Counted from the first letter of the stretch, positions 1 to 9,692 are shown. The stretch: DNA of 64,000 bases from an uncultured Actinomycetes bacterium (GCA_963704885.1 CAVPIB010000001.1:128001-192000); one strand, 5' to 3'. The notes: generated by a model not told the origin, from the sequence alone. Numbers and translations are program-made.

Positions 1-180
1 GCCGCGTACATGCTCTTCGAGGACGACAGCGATACGGCGTGGCTGTTCGCTGTGTTCAAGGACAAGGAGTCCTACGACCGAAACGCCGACGACCCGGCAC
101 AGCACGAGCGATACGTGGCGTACCGCGCCCTCATGGAAGACGATCCGGAGTGGCACGACGGAGAGATCAGGACCGACTGA
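1..180 (+). CDS. 3' end of a small protein, probably ABM/dimeric alpha-beta barrel-like (truncated by window edge)
   Basis: Frame 1 is open from base 1: AAYMLFEDDSDTAWLFAVFKDKESYDRNADDPAQHERYVAYRALMEDDPEWHDGEIRTD-stop. GC3-rich codons. Not in the ORF track. Confidence 0.55.
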   Translation, partial: AAYMLFEDDSDTAWLFAVFKDKESYDRNADDPAQHERYVAYRALMEDDPEWHDGEIRTD

Positions 181-1394
181 GTCGCGGCCTGCGCATACGA
201 ACCGCACGCGCGGCGGTCTGGCTCACAGCTTTCCTCAGTCTGGCCGCGGCGTGTTCGCGCCCTGGTCCATCCGCGTCGACGCCCACGTCGCCTACCGCGA
301 CCTCCAGCTCGGCGCCTACCTCCACAGCACCGCCGCCGCCCACTTGGCGAGCGATGCCGAAAGCGCCGATCGTCGGCCGGATAGCGGCCAACGTCGTGTG
401 GACCGGCGATGAAGTGATCGTGTGGGGTGGCGTCTCCCGAGGGCGGAGCATCGAAGCGGTCGGAGACGGCGCCATCTATGACCCGGCCGATGACTCCTGG
501 CGAGAGATGATGCCCGCACCATCCGGCGTGCTGGGCGGTGGTGGATACGCGGCGGCCTGGACCGGTGAAGTCGCGCTGTTCTGGGCCGGCAACTCGCCGG
601 ACGGGCCGGCCGGGGGCGCCGTGTACGACCCCGCGACCGACAGCTGGGAGCGCCTGCCGAACGGACCGAGACCGCTTGGGCCCCGCGAGGGCTACGTCTC
701 CGTCTGGACCGGCAGGGAACTCCTCATCATCGCCGGAACCCTCGGCGATGGGTTCGTCTACCCGGTGGCCGCGGCCGTGGATCCGACCCAAGGCTCATGG
801 CGGCTCCTCAACGCGCTCGACGACTTCCCCGGACTCATCGCGTCTGGCGCGGTGTGGGACGGGCAGCGCGTGTTCGTGGCGGGATCGCTGTACCTGTGCC
901 CGGAGCAGGGATCGGGATGCACGGATCAGCGGGCGATCCTTCTGGCCTACGACCCTGCTTCCGACCAGGTCGATGAGATCGACCTGACGGACGCGACCCT
1001 CCGCTCGTCGTTCGTGCCCGTGGGCTGGGACGGGAACGAGGTCGTGCTAGCGACGAGCGAGGGCGCCAGTCTCGGGGTCAGGTTCTTCAACCCAGCGACC
1101 GATGGGTGGCGATCGGGAGCCGAAGCGCCCTGCGGGTTCGATCCGGCCGGCTACGGACAAACCGCCTGGCTCGGCGATCGCTATGTGACCCCTTGCGGCA
1201 AGGACCGACTGCAGATCTACGACGCCGGCTCGGACTCGTGGGAGGTCGTCGTGGCCGGCACCTCACCCTTCAACTCGTGGGAGGGGAGCGCCATCGTTTG
1301 GACCGGCACCGACCTGGTGGTGTGGAGCGGGACCGTCGCCCGCACCGGGAACCCCACCCCGAACAACGGCAGCGTGATCACGCTCGGCCCCTGA
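177..1394 (+). CDS. Kelch-repeat beta-propeller lipoprotein
   Basis: Lipobox LSLAAAC, Pro/Ser/Thr linker, repeated VWTG.E.I.WGG and YDPA.DSW Kelch motifs. Start uncertain; a CTG at 177 overlaps the upstream TGA. Confidence 0.75.
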   Translation: MSRGLRIRTARAAVWLTAFLSLAAACSRPGPSASTPTSPTATSSSAPTSTAPPPPTWRAMPKAPIVGRIAANVVWTGDEVIVWGGVSRGRSIEAVGDGAIYDPADDSWREMMPAPSGVLGGGGYAAAWTGEVALFWAGNSPDGPAGGAVYDPATDSWERLPNGPRPLGPREGYVSVWTGRELLIIAGTLGDGFVYPVAAAVDPTQGSWRLLNALDDFPGLIASGAVWDGQRVFVAGSLYLCPEQGSGCTDQRAILLAYDPASDQVDEIDLTDATLRSSFVPVGWDGNEVVLATSEGASLGVRFFNPATDGWRSGAEAPCGFDPAGYGQTAWLGDRYVTPCGKDRLQIYDAGSDSWEVVVAGTSPFNSWEGSAIVWTGTDLVVWSGTVARTGNPTPNNGSVITLGP

Positions 1395-1448
1395 TCGAGC
1401 GACGCTACGCGACCGGACAGTCCCAGGCCGGACGACCGCTTTGCGAGC

Positions 1449-1805
1449 TCACTCGCACTTCGCGCGAGCTTTGACGACCGTCCGAAGGAGCAGCAGCGCC
1501 GCGATCGCGACGAGCTGTCCGCCCAAGATCGCGCGGTTCACGTCGATCGCCGGACGCCACACGACATCGTCGTCCTTCATGAGGAAGACTCCGAACGGCC
1601 TCGCACTCAACCCGAATCCGGTGCCCGTGCCGCCCTCGCCTCCTGGACCCTCTCCTCCTCCGCCGCCTCCGGCTCCTTGCACGCGAGCCGCCGGTATCAC
1701 CGTCATACCGTTCTTCTCGTACGGCTCACCGAACACGCGCCGAACGGTCATCGACTCCTCGAACCGCCCGATGGTGTCAACAAGATCCATCTCCTTGGTG
1801 TCCAT
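1449..1805 (-). CDS. GerW/YtfJ family protein
   Basis: VRRVFGEPYEKNGMTVIPAARV, Gly-rich GGGGG.G...GFG, ARPFGV and a C-terminal TM segment; GGAGG SD upstream of ATG 1805. Confidence 0.75.
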   Translation of the reverse strand: MDTKEMDLVDTIGRFEESMTVRRVFGEPYEKNGMTVIPAARVQGAGGGGGGEGPGGEGGTGTGFGLSARPFGVFLMKDDDVVWRPAIDVNRAILGGQLVAIAALLLLRTVVKARAKCE

Positions 1806-1909
1806 CTCTTCCCCTCCTTCCGCAGACATACAAGCGGCAGGAACTCGGCGCGCGTAGGGCACCCTGGCCTGGATCCTTCGGGACGCCTCATCGTGGGTAC
1901 GACAGCTCG

Positions 1910-2323
1910 TCAGATCGCTCGCATCCGGTTGTTGCGGGCGTTGTGCTCCAGCTCGGCCAGGCCCAGCGCCTCCAACAACGGCGGGAGGTACATACCGAAG
2001 CGACCCCTGAGGCCCTTCTTCACGCCGTACCAGCCCCCGACAGGGTTGTCTGCCGAGCGTCCCCATGCCTCGACGGTTCCTTCGGCTGCCGCTTTCTGCT
2101 CGTCCGCACTGCCGAGAGGCATCCAGTTGCCATGCTCCTTGAGCATGGCGCTCAGATCCTCGATGCACCGCAGCTGATAGCCGAGCGTCGTCTTGCCCAC
2201 CTGGCACACGAGCGTGGGTGGATCCGCAGCCTCGTCCTTCCACATCTCGAACTCCGAGCTCCCCGGCGGCGTCTTCAGCACCCACGGGTCTTCGCGCGTC
2301 CCCGATCCCTTGACAGCAGCCAT
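1910..2323 (-). CDS. DUF6855-like conserved hypothetical protein
   Basis: GTREDPWVLKTPPG, LGSADEQK, NPVGGWYG.KKGLRGRFGMY motifs recognised from memory; GGAAGGAG SD. Confidence 0.7.
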   Translation of the reverse strand: MAAVKGSGTREDPWVLKTPPGSSEFEMWKDEAADPPTLVCQVGKTTLGYQLRCIEDLSAMLKEHGNWMPLGSADEQKAAAEGTVEAWGRSADNPVGGWYGVKKGLRGRFGMYLPPLLEALGLAELEHNARNNRMRAI

Positions 2324-2390
2324 CGTCACTCCTTCCGTCCCCCTGAACCGTTACGGATGATAGGAGAGCTGACGCGGCAGTATGTGTGGC

Positions 2391-3260
2391 GTGCGTGACA
2401 CCGTTCGCCTAGACGCCCAGCCACCGTTCGCCGCCGCCCCTCTCATGAGGTTCCTATCCGACCGTGCGACCCCCGGCGTCGAGGGGTTCGACGGCGTCAC
2501 CTTCCGGCGTTCGATCCGAACCCACGGCGATCGCGCGGTCGTGGTCGGACTGACGCCAAACCCCACGCGTTCCCACGTGATGCTGGAGGCGGAGATCGAC
2601 GACCCGACCGAGCTGGCCGATGCGGTTCGGGCGTCGCGCCGCCTGCTCGACCTTGACGCGGATCCCGTCTCGATCGACGCCGTCCTGTCGACCGACCCGA
2701 CGCTGGAACCGTTGGTACGCGCCGCGCCGGGTTTGCGGCTGCCCGGGGCGATCGACGGGTTCGAGCTTGCGGTGCGCGCGATCTTGGGACAGCAGATCTC
2801 CGTCCGCGCCGCCCGTACCCTGGCCGGGCGCATCGTGATCCGAGCCGGGACCGAGTTGGATCGCGATCGGGCGATCGAAGGCGTGACGCATCTGTTCCCG
2901 ACGCCGGAGCAGGTAGGCGCCGCCTCACTCGAGGGGCTGGGTATCACCCGAAGGCGCGTGGAGACCATCCGCCGTCTGGCCGAGCTGGTGACGGTCGGCG
3001 ACCTGGTGCTCGCAGAGCGGTCCGACCGCGAGGCGGGCCGCGAGGCGTTGCTCGCGGTGCCGGGCATCGGCCCCTGGACCGTCGCCTACATCTCGATGCG
3101 TGCGCTTCGCGATCCCGATGCTTTCCCTGCGAGCGACCTCGGGGTTCGTGAAGGCTTCCAAAGGCTGGGGCTACCCACCACGGCGTCGGCCATCGCTGAG
3201 TACGCCGAGCGATGGCGGCCCTTCCGGGCCTACGCCGTGATGCACCTTTGGAACAGCTAA
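2391..3260 (+). CDS. alkA: DNA-3-methyladenine glycosylase II (AlkA N-terminal + HhH-GPD)
   Basis: FELAVRAILGQQISV, HhH motif PGIGPWT, DPDAFPASDLG, WRPFRAYA. Confidence 0.9.
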   Translation: MRDTVRLDAQPPFAAAPLMRFLSDRATPGVEGFDGVTFRRSIRTHGDRAVVVGLTPNPTRSHVMLEAEIDDPTELADAVRASRRLLDLDADPVSIDAVLSTDPTLEPLVRAAPGLRLPGAIDGFELAVRAILGQQISVRAARTLAGRIVIRAGTELDRDRAIEGVTHLFPTPEQVGAASLEGLGITRRRVETIRRLAELVTVGDLVLAERSDREAGREALLAVPGIGPWTVAYISMRALRDPDAFPASDLGVREGFQRLGLPTTASAIAEYAERWRPFRAYAVMHLWNS

Positions 3261-3339
3261 GCACTTGGCGGAAAGCCCGCCGAGGGCCCCCCCGCGCGCT
3301 CGCCGTTACCATGGCTTCCGGTCCACGAAGGAGGCTCGC

Positions 3340-3906
3340 GTGTCCGCCACGTCCACCATGCTCGCTTTGGGTACGGAGGCACCCGACTTCGCCCTCCCCG
3401 ACGTCACGACCGGTGAGATCGTCCGTCGCACCGACTTCGCGGGGGCGGATGCCTTGCTCGTCATGTTCATCTGCCGTCACTGTCCGTACGTCGCCCACGT
3501 TCGGCCGGCGCTCGCGCAACTCGGCCGCGATCACCTGGACTCAGACCTCGCGATCGTCGCGATCAGCGCGAACGACCCACAGACGTATCCAGAAGACGCA
3601 CCCGGGAGCCTGGCGGAGGAGGCTCGAGAGGCCGGCTATGCCTTTCCCTACCTCTTCGACGAGACCCAAGAAGTGGCGAAGGCATACACCGCCGCGTGCA
3701 CGCCCGACTTCTTCCTGTTCGATGCCGACATGCGCCTCGCCTACCGAGGACAGATGGACTCGAGCCGGCCGGGGAACGGCGTGCCCGTCACAGCTGAGGA
3801 CCTGCGAGCCGCCATCGAAGCTGTGCTCGCCGGCGTGCCCGTCGATCCCGATCAACGGCCTAGCGTCGGCTGCAGCATCAAGTGGCGCCTCGGCAACGAG
3901 CCGTGA
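3340..3906 (+). CDS. Thioredoxin-fold AhpC/TSA family protein
   Basis: APDFALPD, FICRHCPYV, ACTPDFFLFD, GCSIKW; AAGGAGG SD before GTG. Confidence 0.9.
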   Translation: MSATSTMLALGTEAPDFALPDVTTGEIVRRTDFAGADALLVMFICRHCPYVAHVRPALAQLGRDHLDSDLAIVAISANDPQTYPEDAPGSLAEEAREAGYAFPYLFDETQEVAKAYTAACTPDFFLFDADMRLAYRGQMDSSRPGNGVPVTAEDLRAAIEAVLAGVPVDPDQRPSVGCSIKWRLGNEP

Positions 3907-4862
3907 TGAGGATGGACGAGCGCATCCTTGGTTCGGGCGGTCCATCCGTGGGAGCGGTCGGCCTGGGATGCATGCCCATGAACTGGGCGTACAGCGGTGA
4001 GACCTCTGAGGACGAGGCGTTCCGCGCCATCCACCGGGCGATCGACCTGGGCGTAACCCTGCTTGACACCGCCGACGTCTACGGCCCGTTCACCAACGAA
4101 GACCTGGTGGGACGCGCGCTGGAAGGACGCCGCGACCAAGTGGTACTGGCGACCAAGGTCGGTCTGACGGTCGGGCCCAACGGCGGCTATCCGCTGTCCA
4201 ACGCAGGCCGCCCGGAGCACATCCGTTCCGCGATCGACGGGTCGCTCCAGCGTTTGCGAACCGAGGTGGTCGATCTGTACCAGCTGCATCGGATCGATCC
4301 GGCCGTTCCGCTCGAGGAGTCCTGGGGAGCCATGGCCGAGCTGGTCCAGGCCGGCAAGGTGCGAGCGCTCGGGCTATCCGAGGCCAACGTCGACGAGATC
4401 CGGCGGGCTCAGGCGATCCACCCGGTGGCGAGCGTGCAATCGGAGCTGTCGCTTTGGACACGCGATCACCTGGCCGAGGTCATCCCCTGGTGCGCCGCGA
4501 ACGGCGTAGCCTTCATCCCTTTCTCGCCACTGGGTCGAGGGTTCCTCACCGGCGCGATCACCGCTGCGTCGTTCGACGATGTCGATTTCCGCGCCAAGAA
4601 CCCGCGGTTCAGCCAGGCGTCGATAGACGCGAACCTAGCGATCGTTGAGCAGATCCGCGCGGTTGCCGACCGACACCGCGCTACGCCGGCGCAGATCGCG
4701 ATCGCCTGGACCCTGGCGCAGGGCCCCCACGTGATCCCGATCCCTGGGACCCGGCGGATGCGCTATGTGGAGGAGAACGCAGCGGCGGCGGCCATCCGGC
4801 TCACGGACCAGGATCTGACGGAGCTGGACTCGCTCCCGGAGGCCGCCGGCAGCCGGTACTGA
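3906..4862 (+). CDS. Aldo/keto reductase
   Basis: GLGCM, DTADVYG, LATK, DLYQLHR, PIPGT motifs. Confidence 0.93.
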   Translation: MRMDERILGSGGPSVGAVGLGCMPMNWAYSGETSEDEAFRAIHRAIDLGVTLLDTADVYGPFTNEDLVGRALEGRRDQVVLATKVGLTVGPNGGYPLSNAGRPEHIRSAIDGSLQRLRTEVVDLYQLHRIDPAVPLEESWGAMAELVQAGKVRALGLSEANVDEIRRAQAIHPVASVQSELSLWTRDHLAEVIPWCAANGVAFIPFSPLGRGFLTGAITAASFDDVDFRAKNPRFSQASIDANLAIVEQIRAVADRHRATPAQIAIAWTLAQGPHVIPIPGTRRMRYVEENAAAAAIRLTDQDLTELDSLPEAAGSRY

Positions 4863-4868
4863 GCACGA

Positions 4869-5972
4869 TCAGGTCGCCGACCTGATCGGGGTCGGCGTCA
4901 CGGCCTCTTCGGCATCCGGGCTCGCGACCACGTAGCGCGGGAACCGTATGACGAACGAGGTCCCGATCCCGGGTCGGCTCCGAACCTTCACGGAACCCCC
5001 GTGTGCCTCGACGATCGCTTCCACGATCGCCAGACCGAGTCCCGTTCCCCCGCTCCTGCGGCCTCGGTCGGGCTCTCTGCGCGAGAACCTCTCGAACACA
5101 TGGGGGAGATCCTCGGCCTCGATGCCTCGGCCTTCGTCGGCCACCTCGAGGGCGAGCGCGGAGCCCTCCACCCTCGCGCCGAGCGTGATCCGGTCCCCGA
5201 CCTCCGTGGCGTTCACGGCGTTCTCGATCAACGCGTCGAGAGCCGCCTCCATCCGATCGCGATCGGCCGTGACCGATCCCGGAGCATCCAGGACCGTGAC
5301 CCACTCGCGCGCCACCGCGGGTCCCCACCGCCGGACGGTGTCGGTCACGAGAGGCTCGACCGGGACGTCTTTGAACAACAGGAACCCCGGATGATCGGCG
5401 CCGGCCAGGGTGAGCAACCGATCTGAGAGCTTCGAGAGCCGGCCGAGTTCATCGAGGATCACGTCGACGTCGCGGGCCGTCTGCCCCCTGCCGTCGACGG
5501 CGGCCTTGATCAGCTCAGCATGCCCGCGCGCCACCGTGATCGGCGTCCGCAGCTCGTGAGACGCATCGCGCACGAACTCCCGCTGCCGGTCGAGCACGCG
5601 ATGCTCGGTCTCAGCGGCCCGTTCCGCTTCCTCGACCGCCCGCTGACGCCGCTCCGCGTGCCAGGCCATGACCAGGAACATCGCGGCCATGAGCGGTACC
5701 TCGGTGACCTCCTCCAGGCCCTTGTCTCCTTGCACCACCACCCAAACGAGCGCCGCGCCCGTGGTTGCGATCACGGCGCCCAACACGAGCGCGGTCGTCG
5801 TTCGACGCCACACCCGGAACCCGTACAGCAGCGTCAGGCTCACCCATATGAAGTGGAACGGCACCGTCTCCCAACCGGTGATCGCGAAGATGGCGACTAC
5901 GTTCAGAGCGCCGAAGACGCCCCAGGCGATCTCCAGCCAGTACCTACGCAGCGTTGAACCGATACCCGACAT
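4869..5972 (-). CDS. Sensor histidine kinase (multi-TM N-terminus, HisKA + HATPase_c)
   Basis: H-box ASHELRTPIT, N-box ENAV, G1 DEGRGI, F-box FERF, G2 GTGLGL. Confidence 0.92.
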   Translation of the reverse strand: MSGIGSTLRRYWLEIAWGVFGALNVVAIFAITGWETVPFHFIWVSLTLLYGFRVWRRTTTALVLGAVIATTGAALVWVVVQGDKGLEEVTEVPLMAAMFLVMAWHAERRQRAVEEAERAAETEHRVLDRQREFVRDASHELRTPITVARGHAELIKAAVDGRGQTARDVDVILDELGRLSKLSDRLLTLAGADHPGFLLFKDVPVEPLVTDTVRRWGPAVAREWVTVLDAPGSVTADRDRMEAALDALIENAVNATEVGDRITLGARVEGSALALEVADEGRGIEAEDLPHVFERFSRREPDRGRRSGGTGLGLAIVEAIVEAHGGSVKVRSRPGIGTSFVIRFPRYVVASPDAEEAVTPTPIRSAT

Positions 5973-6609
5973 TGCGCACCGTCTCGATCAGCTCGGCACC
6001 GAGCTTGCTCCGCAAGCGCCCGATGCACACGTCCACAACGTTGCTACCCGGATCGAAGTCGAATCCCCAAACGTCAGCCAGGAGCCGGGCCCGCGAACAG
6101 ACGTCACCCTCGCGGCGCATCAGGTGCTCCAACAAGGCGCACTCACGCTCCGTCAGGGCGATCGGCCCTGAACCCGCATCTGCGACCCGCCTCAGGCGGT
6201 CGAGGACCACGTCGCCCACCCTCAGAAAGCGCTCCTCCGGCCCCGACGCCGCCTGACGCAGTCGCGCCCGGACCCGGGCCACCAGCTCGGCCAACGCGAA
6301 CGGCTTGGAGAGGTAGTCAGAGGCGCCCAGCTCCAGGCATTGGACCTTCTCCTTCACGTCGGAAAGAGCGGAGAGGACCAGCACGCGTTGCTGCGGTCGC
6401 TCCTCGATCAGCCGCTTGAGGACGGTGACCCCGTCCATCCCTGGCAGGAGCAGGTCTAGGACGACAAGCTCGTAGCGGCCGGTCCTGGCGAGGTCGAATC
6501 CACGGACTCCGTCGGGCGCGCCGTCCACCAGGAACCCGTCGGCCGTGAGCGCCCGGGCGATGAAGCTCACGATCCGCGGCTCGTCGTCCACCACGAGGAC
6601 CCTGGTCAT
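5944..6609 (-). CDS. OmpR/PhoB family response regulator
   Basis: VLVVDDE, LDLLLPGMDG, DYLSKPF, winged helix ending IETVRNVGYRF. Confidence 0.95.
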   Translation of the reverse strand: MTRVLVVDDEPRIVSFIARALTADGFLVDGAPDGVRGFDLARTGRYELVVLDLLLPGMDGVTVLKRLIEERPQQRVLVLSALSDVKEKVQCLELGASDYLSKPFALAELVARVRARLRQAASGPEERFLRVGDVVLDRLRRVADAGSGPIALTERECALLEHLMRREGDVCSRARLLADVWGFDFDPGSNVVDVCIGRLRSKLGAELIETVRNVGYRFNAA

Positions 6610-6651
6610 GAGGCGAATCCTAGGTCCGGAGGGGCGTTGAGACCAGGGGTC

Positions 6652-6722
6652 ATGACGGAACCGTCATCCGTGTACGTATTCCCGATGACGGCTGGATGAC
6701 GGTTTCGTGATACGGCCGTCAT
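6652..6722. promoter_or_regulatory. Cluster of five ATGACGG/CCGTCAT heptamers, candidate response-regulator binding sites
   Basis: ATGACGG at 6652, 6685 and 6696 (last two 11 bp apart); CCGTCAT at 6661 and 6716; lies between the divergent regulator and cupredoxin genes. Confidence 0.6.
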
Positions 6723-6803
6723 GCGGGCCCTTCACGCATGGAGCGCTCACTAGGTTCACGAAGGCAGATCTCAAGAGGTCCAGATCTCAAGTAAGGGGGA
6801 TCC

Positions 6804-7250
6804 ATGATCAAGCGTCTGTTCTTGGCGGTCGCGATCGTCGCGCTCGTCGTTCCGGCTTGCAGTAGTGACGACGATGGCGGCGGCGCGGGTGGCACGGTAG
6901 GCGTGACGCTACAGGAGTTCTCGATCGCAACTGACACGGGAACACTGGGTGCCGGCGACGTGGTCTTCGAGGCCACGAACGATGGCCCCGATGACGTGCA
7001 CGAGTTCGTGGTCTTCCGAACCGACCTCGGCGCGGCAGACCTTCCAACCGATGAGACCGGCGCCGTCGTCGAGACGGGCGACGGTGTGGAGCTCATCGGG
7101 GAGATCGAGGACATCGCGGTCGGGGACAGCCAGAGCGTGACCCTGGCGTTGGAAGCTGGCAACTACGTCTTCATCTGCAATATCTGGGACGAGAGCGAGC
7201 AGGAATCCCACTACCAAGAGGGGATGCGCTCGACCTTCACGGTTACCTGA
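6804..7250 (+). CDS. Cupredoxin (blue-copper, sulfocyanin/auracyanin-like) lipoprotein
   Basis: Lipobox VVPAC; type-1 copper ligands HEFVV ... CNIWDESEQESHYQEGM. Confidence 0.8.
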   Translation: MIKRLFLAVAIVALVVPACSSDDDGGGAGGTVGVTLQEFSIATDTGTLGAGDVVFEATNDGPDDVHEFVVFRTDLGAADLPTDETGAVVETGDGVELIGEIEDIAVGDSQSVTLALEAGNYVFICNIWDESEQESHYQEGMRSTFTVT

Positions 7251-7335
7251 TCAGAGGGCAGGCCGTCATTCCCGCCATGCACCAACGCGCCTGACGTCCG
7301 TCCAGGTCGGCGTCGGCTCCGCATACTGGGGACCC

Positions 7336-8145
7336 ATGGAGCTGAAGCCTGCGGCGGAGGTCGTACGGATCGACGACGCTACTATCACGATCGCGTCGAC
7401 CGTGATCCTTGGGCCGGTATCGCTGACGGTCCACTCCGGCGAGTGGTGGGTGGTGTTGGGGCCTAACGGCTCCGGCAAGACCACTCTGCTCGACCTGGCC
7501 GGCGCCCTCCGTCACCCCACGTCGGGAACCGTTGAGGTCTTGGGCTCCCGGCTGGGGACCACTGACGTGCGCGCGCTCCGATCGCGGATCGGCTTCGTCG
7601 GGCACCACGTCGCCGACGCCATCCCGTCGCACCTGTCGGCCATCGACATCGTGCTCACTGGCAAGCGTTCAACCCTTGTCCCGTGGATGCAGCCCTTCGA
7701 CGAGGAGGACCGACTCGCGGCAGCGGAGCTGCTGGAGCGGGTGGGTTGTACGCCGATGGCCGAGCGGTCTTTGGCCTCGTGTAGCCAGGGAGAACGTCAG
7801 CGGGTGATGCTCGCCCGGGCGCTCTTCGGCCGACCGGAGCTTCTTCTGCTAGACGAACCCATGGCGGGCCTTGATCTGCCTGGACGCGAGCTGCTGCTGG
7901 ACGCGCTCTCTACCACCGCCGACGCGGCCCCGCCCACGATCTTGGTTACCCACCACCTGGAGGAGATCCCCGCAACCACGACCCACGCGGCGCTCTTGCG
8001 CGCGGGAAAGGCCGTGGCCGTCGGTGAGATCCAGGCGGTGCTTACCGACGAGCGAGTCTCCGCGTGTTTCGGGATCCCGGTCTCGGTCTCCTCGTCGCAG
8101 GGCCGCTGGCGTGGACAAGCGGACCGAGCGTCGGCCAACAGCTAG
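7336..8145 (+). CDS. ABC transporter ATP-binding protein (ModF/YlmA-like, stand-alone)
   Basis: GPNGSGKT, CSQGE signature, LLLLDEP, VTHHLEEIP. Confidence 0.9.
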   Translation: MELKPAAEVVRIDDATITIASTVILGPVSLTVHSGEWWVVLGPNGSGKTTLLDLAGALRHPTSGTVEVLGSRLGTTDVRALRSRIGFVGHHVADAIPSHLSAIDIVLTGKRSTLVPWMQPFDEEDRLAAAELLERVGCTPMAERSLASCSQGERQRVMLARALFGRPELLLLDEPMAGLDLPGRELLLDALSTTADAAPPTILVTHHLEEIPATTTHAALLRAGKAVAVGEIQAVLTDERVSACFGIPVSVSSSQGRWRGQADRASANS

Positions 8146-8158
8146 CATCGCGATCGAC

Positions 8159-8539
8159 ATGGGGTGGGATGACGACGAGCGGTATCGACGTGGACGCGAG
8201 AGGTTCCTCGAGGTCCACGATCCGAAGGCACTCCGCTCGGTGGAGGGGCTGGACGACCTCGGGCGGCTGATCATCGAGACCGTCTACGGCGACGTCTACT
8301 CCCGACCGGGCCTGTCAACGCGGGACAGGGAGCTGGCCGCCGTGGCGTCGCTCGTTGCGCTCGGCCGTTCCTCGCAACTCCCCGCACACCTGCGCGCGGC
8401 GCTGCGAGCGGGGGTCACCGAGGAGGAGCTACGCGAGGTGATCCTCCAGACCGCGACGCTCGCGGGCTTCCCGCCCGCCATGAACGCCATGTCCACCCTG
8501 CGGACGATCCTGGCCGGCAAGGAACCGACGGAGGACTAG
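8159..8539 (+). CDS. Carboxymuconolactone decarboxylase family protein
   Basis: YGDVYSRPGLSTRDRELA, HLRAALRAGVTEEELREV, AGFP. Confidence 0.88.
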   Translation: MGWDDDERYRRGRERFLEVHDPKALRSVEGLDDLGRLIIETVYGDVYSRPGLSTRDRELAAVASLVALGRSSQLPAHLRAALRAGVTEEELREVILQTATLAGFPPAMNAMSTLRTILAGKEPTED

Positions 8540-9450
8540 GTAGCAGCGGTCGAGGGCCGAAGGATCCCCGCGCTACCGAGCGACGGGCTGTACCGGAGGT
8601 CCGCCGGCGTGAACTGGACGGCGACGTCTCTCAAGGCTCCCCACGGATCGACACCCAGGGAGGGCCAGCCGTGGATGGCCAAGATCTGGTCGCGGAAGCG
8701 AACGGTGGAGCCTAGGAGCTCCTCATCGGTCACCGGGATCGGCGGGGCGACCTCTTCGTGGGTCGAGGGCGACCCAAGGATGGCAGAGGCAGGCGAGTCC
8801 ACCCGAGCGAACGATGCGATCAGCGGGTCGAGGTCCCTCGGCGCCGCCAACACTGCCTGCTGCGATGGATCGGCAAGGCCCGCCGCCCAGTCCCAGAGGA
8901 TGGCATCGCCTCCCGCCTGTAGGAGCGCCAGACGATCCGGCTTTGGAGCGGTCATCGGTGAGGAGAACAGAACCTCGATCGTGGCGTCTGCTCCCCCCGC
9001 GGCGTAGCAGCGTCTGACGAACTCGGCGTCGCTGATCAGTCTCGCTTCGCCGACTGCGAGTCTCGACACGACGGTCGCGGCTCGATCCAGGACGGCCACC
9101 AACAGCTGACGAAGCGTCGCCTCGTGCAACGGAAGACGCCGCATCAACCCGAGCATCGCGAGCATCACGACCGGCTCGTGCACCCAGTTGGGGCCGTCCG
9201 TCGCGAAGCGACGGGCGGCAGAGACGACGGGGGCGATGTCGGTCGTTCTGGTGGGCCGACGGACGTCGGCGAAGACGCTTTGGGCGAGCCCCGCCTTCAG
9301 CGGAGCCAGGCGGACACCGGAGACGGTGGTCGACACCACCGTCTCCGGATCCACCACGATCGCGGTGCGGTCGACGTCGCACTCGTCGAACCGGCGGATG
9401 GCCCACGGCACCCACCCTTTGCCCTGGAACATCACGACGTCCCCCGGCAT
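8536..9450 (-). CDS. Hypothetical protein resembling a permuted papain-like NlpC/P60 (YiiX/YebB-type) domain with catalytic residues lost
   Basis: PGDVVMFQG..W..WAIRRFD...DRTAIV (the family has SHxxI) and LISDAEFVRRCY (the family has CSExV..xY); C-terminal FTPADL. Confidence 0.5.
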   Translation of the reverse strand: MPGDVVMFQGKGWVPWAIRRFDECDVDRTAIVVDPETVVSTTVSGVRLAPLKAGLAQSVFADVRRPTRTTDIAPVVSAARRFATDGPNWVHEPVVMLAMLGLMRRLPLHEATLRQLLVAVLDRAATVVSRLAVGEARLISDAEFVRRCYAAGGADATIEVLFSSPMTAPKPDRLALLQAGGDAILWDWAAGLADPSQQAVLAAPRDLDPLIASFARVDSPASAILGSPSTHEEVAPPIPVTDEELLGSTVRFRDQILAIHGWPSLGVDPWGALRDVAVQFTPADLRYSPSLGSAGILRPSTAAT

Positions 9451-9542
9451 GGGGTGGTCCGGCGCCTCATGTATGGGCCGGTCCGGATCGGTCTCGCTCG
9501 GACTCCCCGAAAGGGCTCCCGAGATCTCGCCTGGGTCCTGTT

Positions 9543-9641
9543 TCAGTGCCTAGGCCACTCTGCGGTGCCGGCGATCATCAGTGCCACAGCCGCGCCTGCG
9601 TACAGCAGTCGCCTCAACGTGGATCGCAGCTTCCCTCCCAT
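9543..9641 (-). CDS. 32-aa secreted propeptide MGGKLRSTLRRLLYAGAAVALMIAGTAEWPRH (candidate signalling-peptide precursor)
   Basis: AAGGAGG SD 9 nt before ATG; basic n-region, hydrophobic h-region, short polar tail; divergent from an HTH-TPR regulator. Confidence 0.7.
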   Translation of the reverse strand: MGGKLRSTLRRLLYAGAAVALMIAGTAEWPRH

Positions 9642-9692
9642 GGTTCCGGACCTCCTTCTCCGGGCGGAGGAGTTCCGCCCAGGTAACTCGGG

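Noticed and set aside
39-176. Long N-terminal extension of the Kelch ORF in the ORF track
   Set aside because: It overlaps the upstream gene in another frame, and the lipoprotein signal begins near 177.
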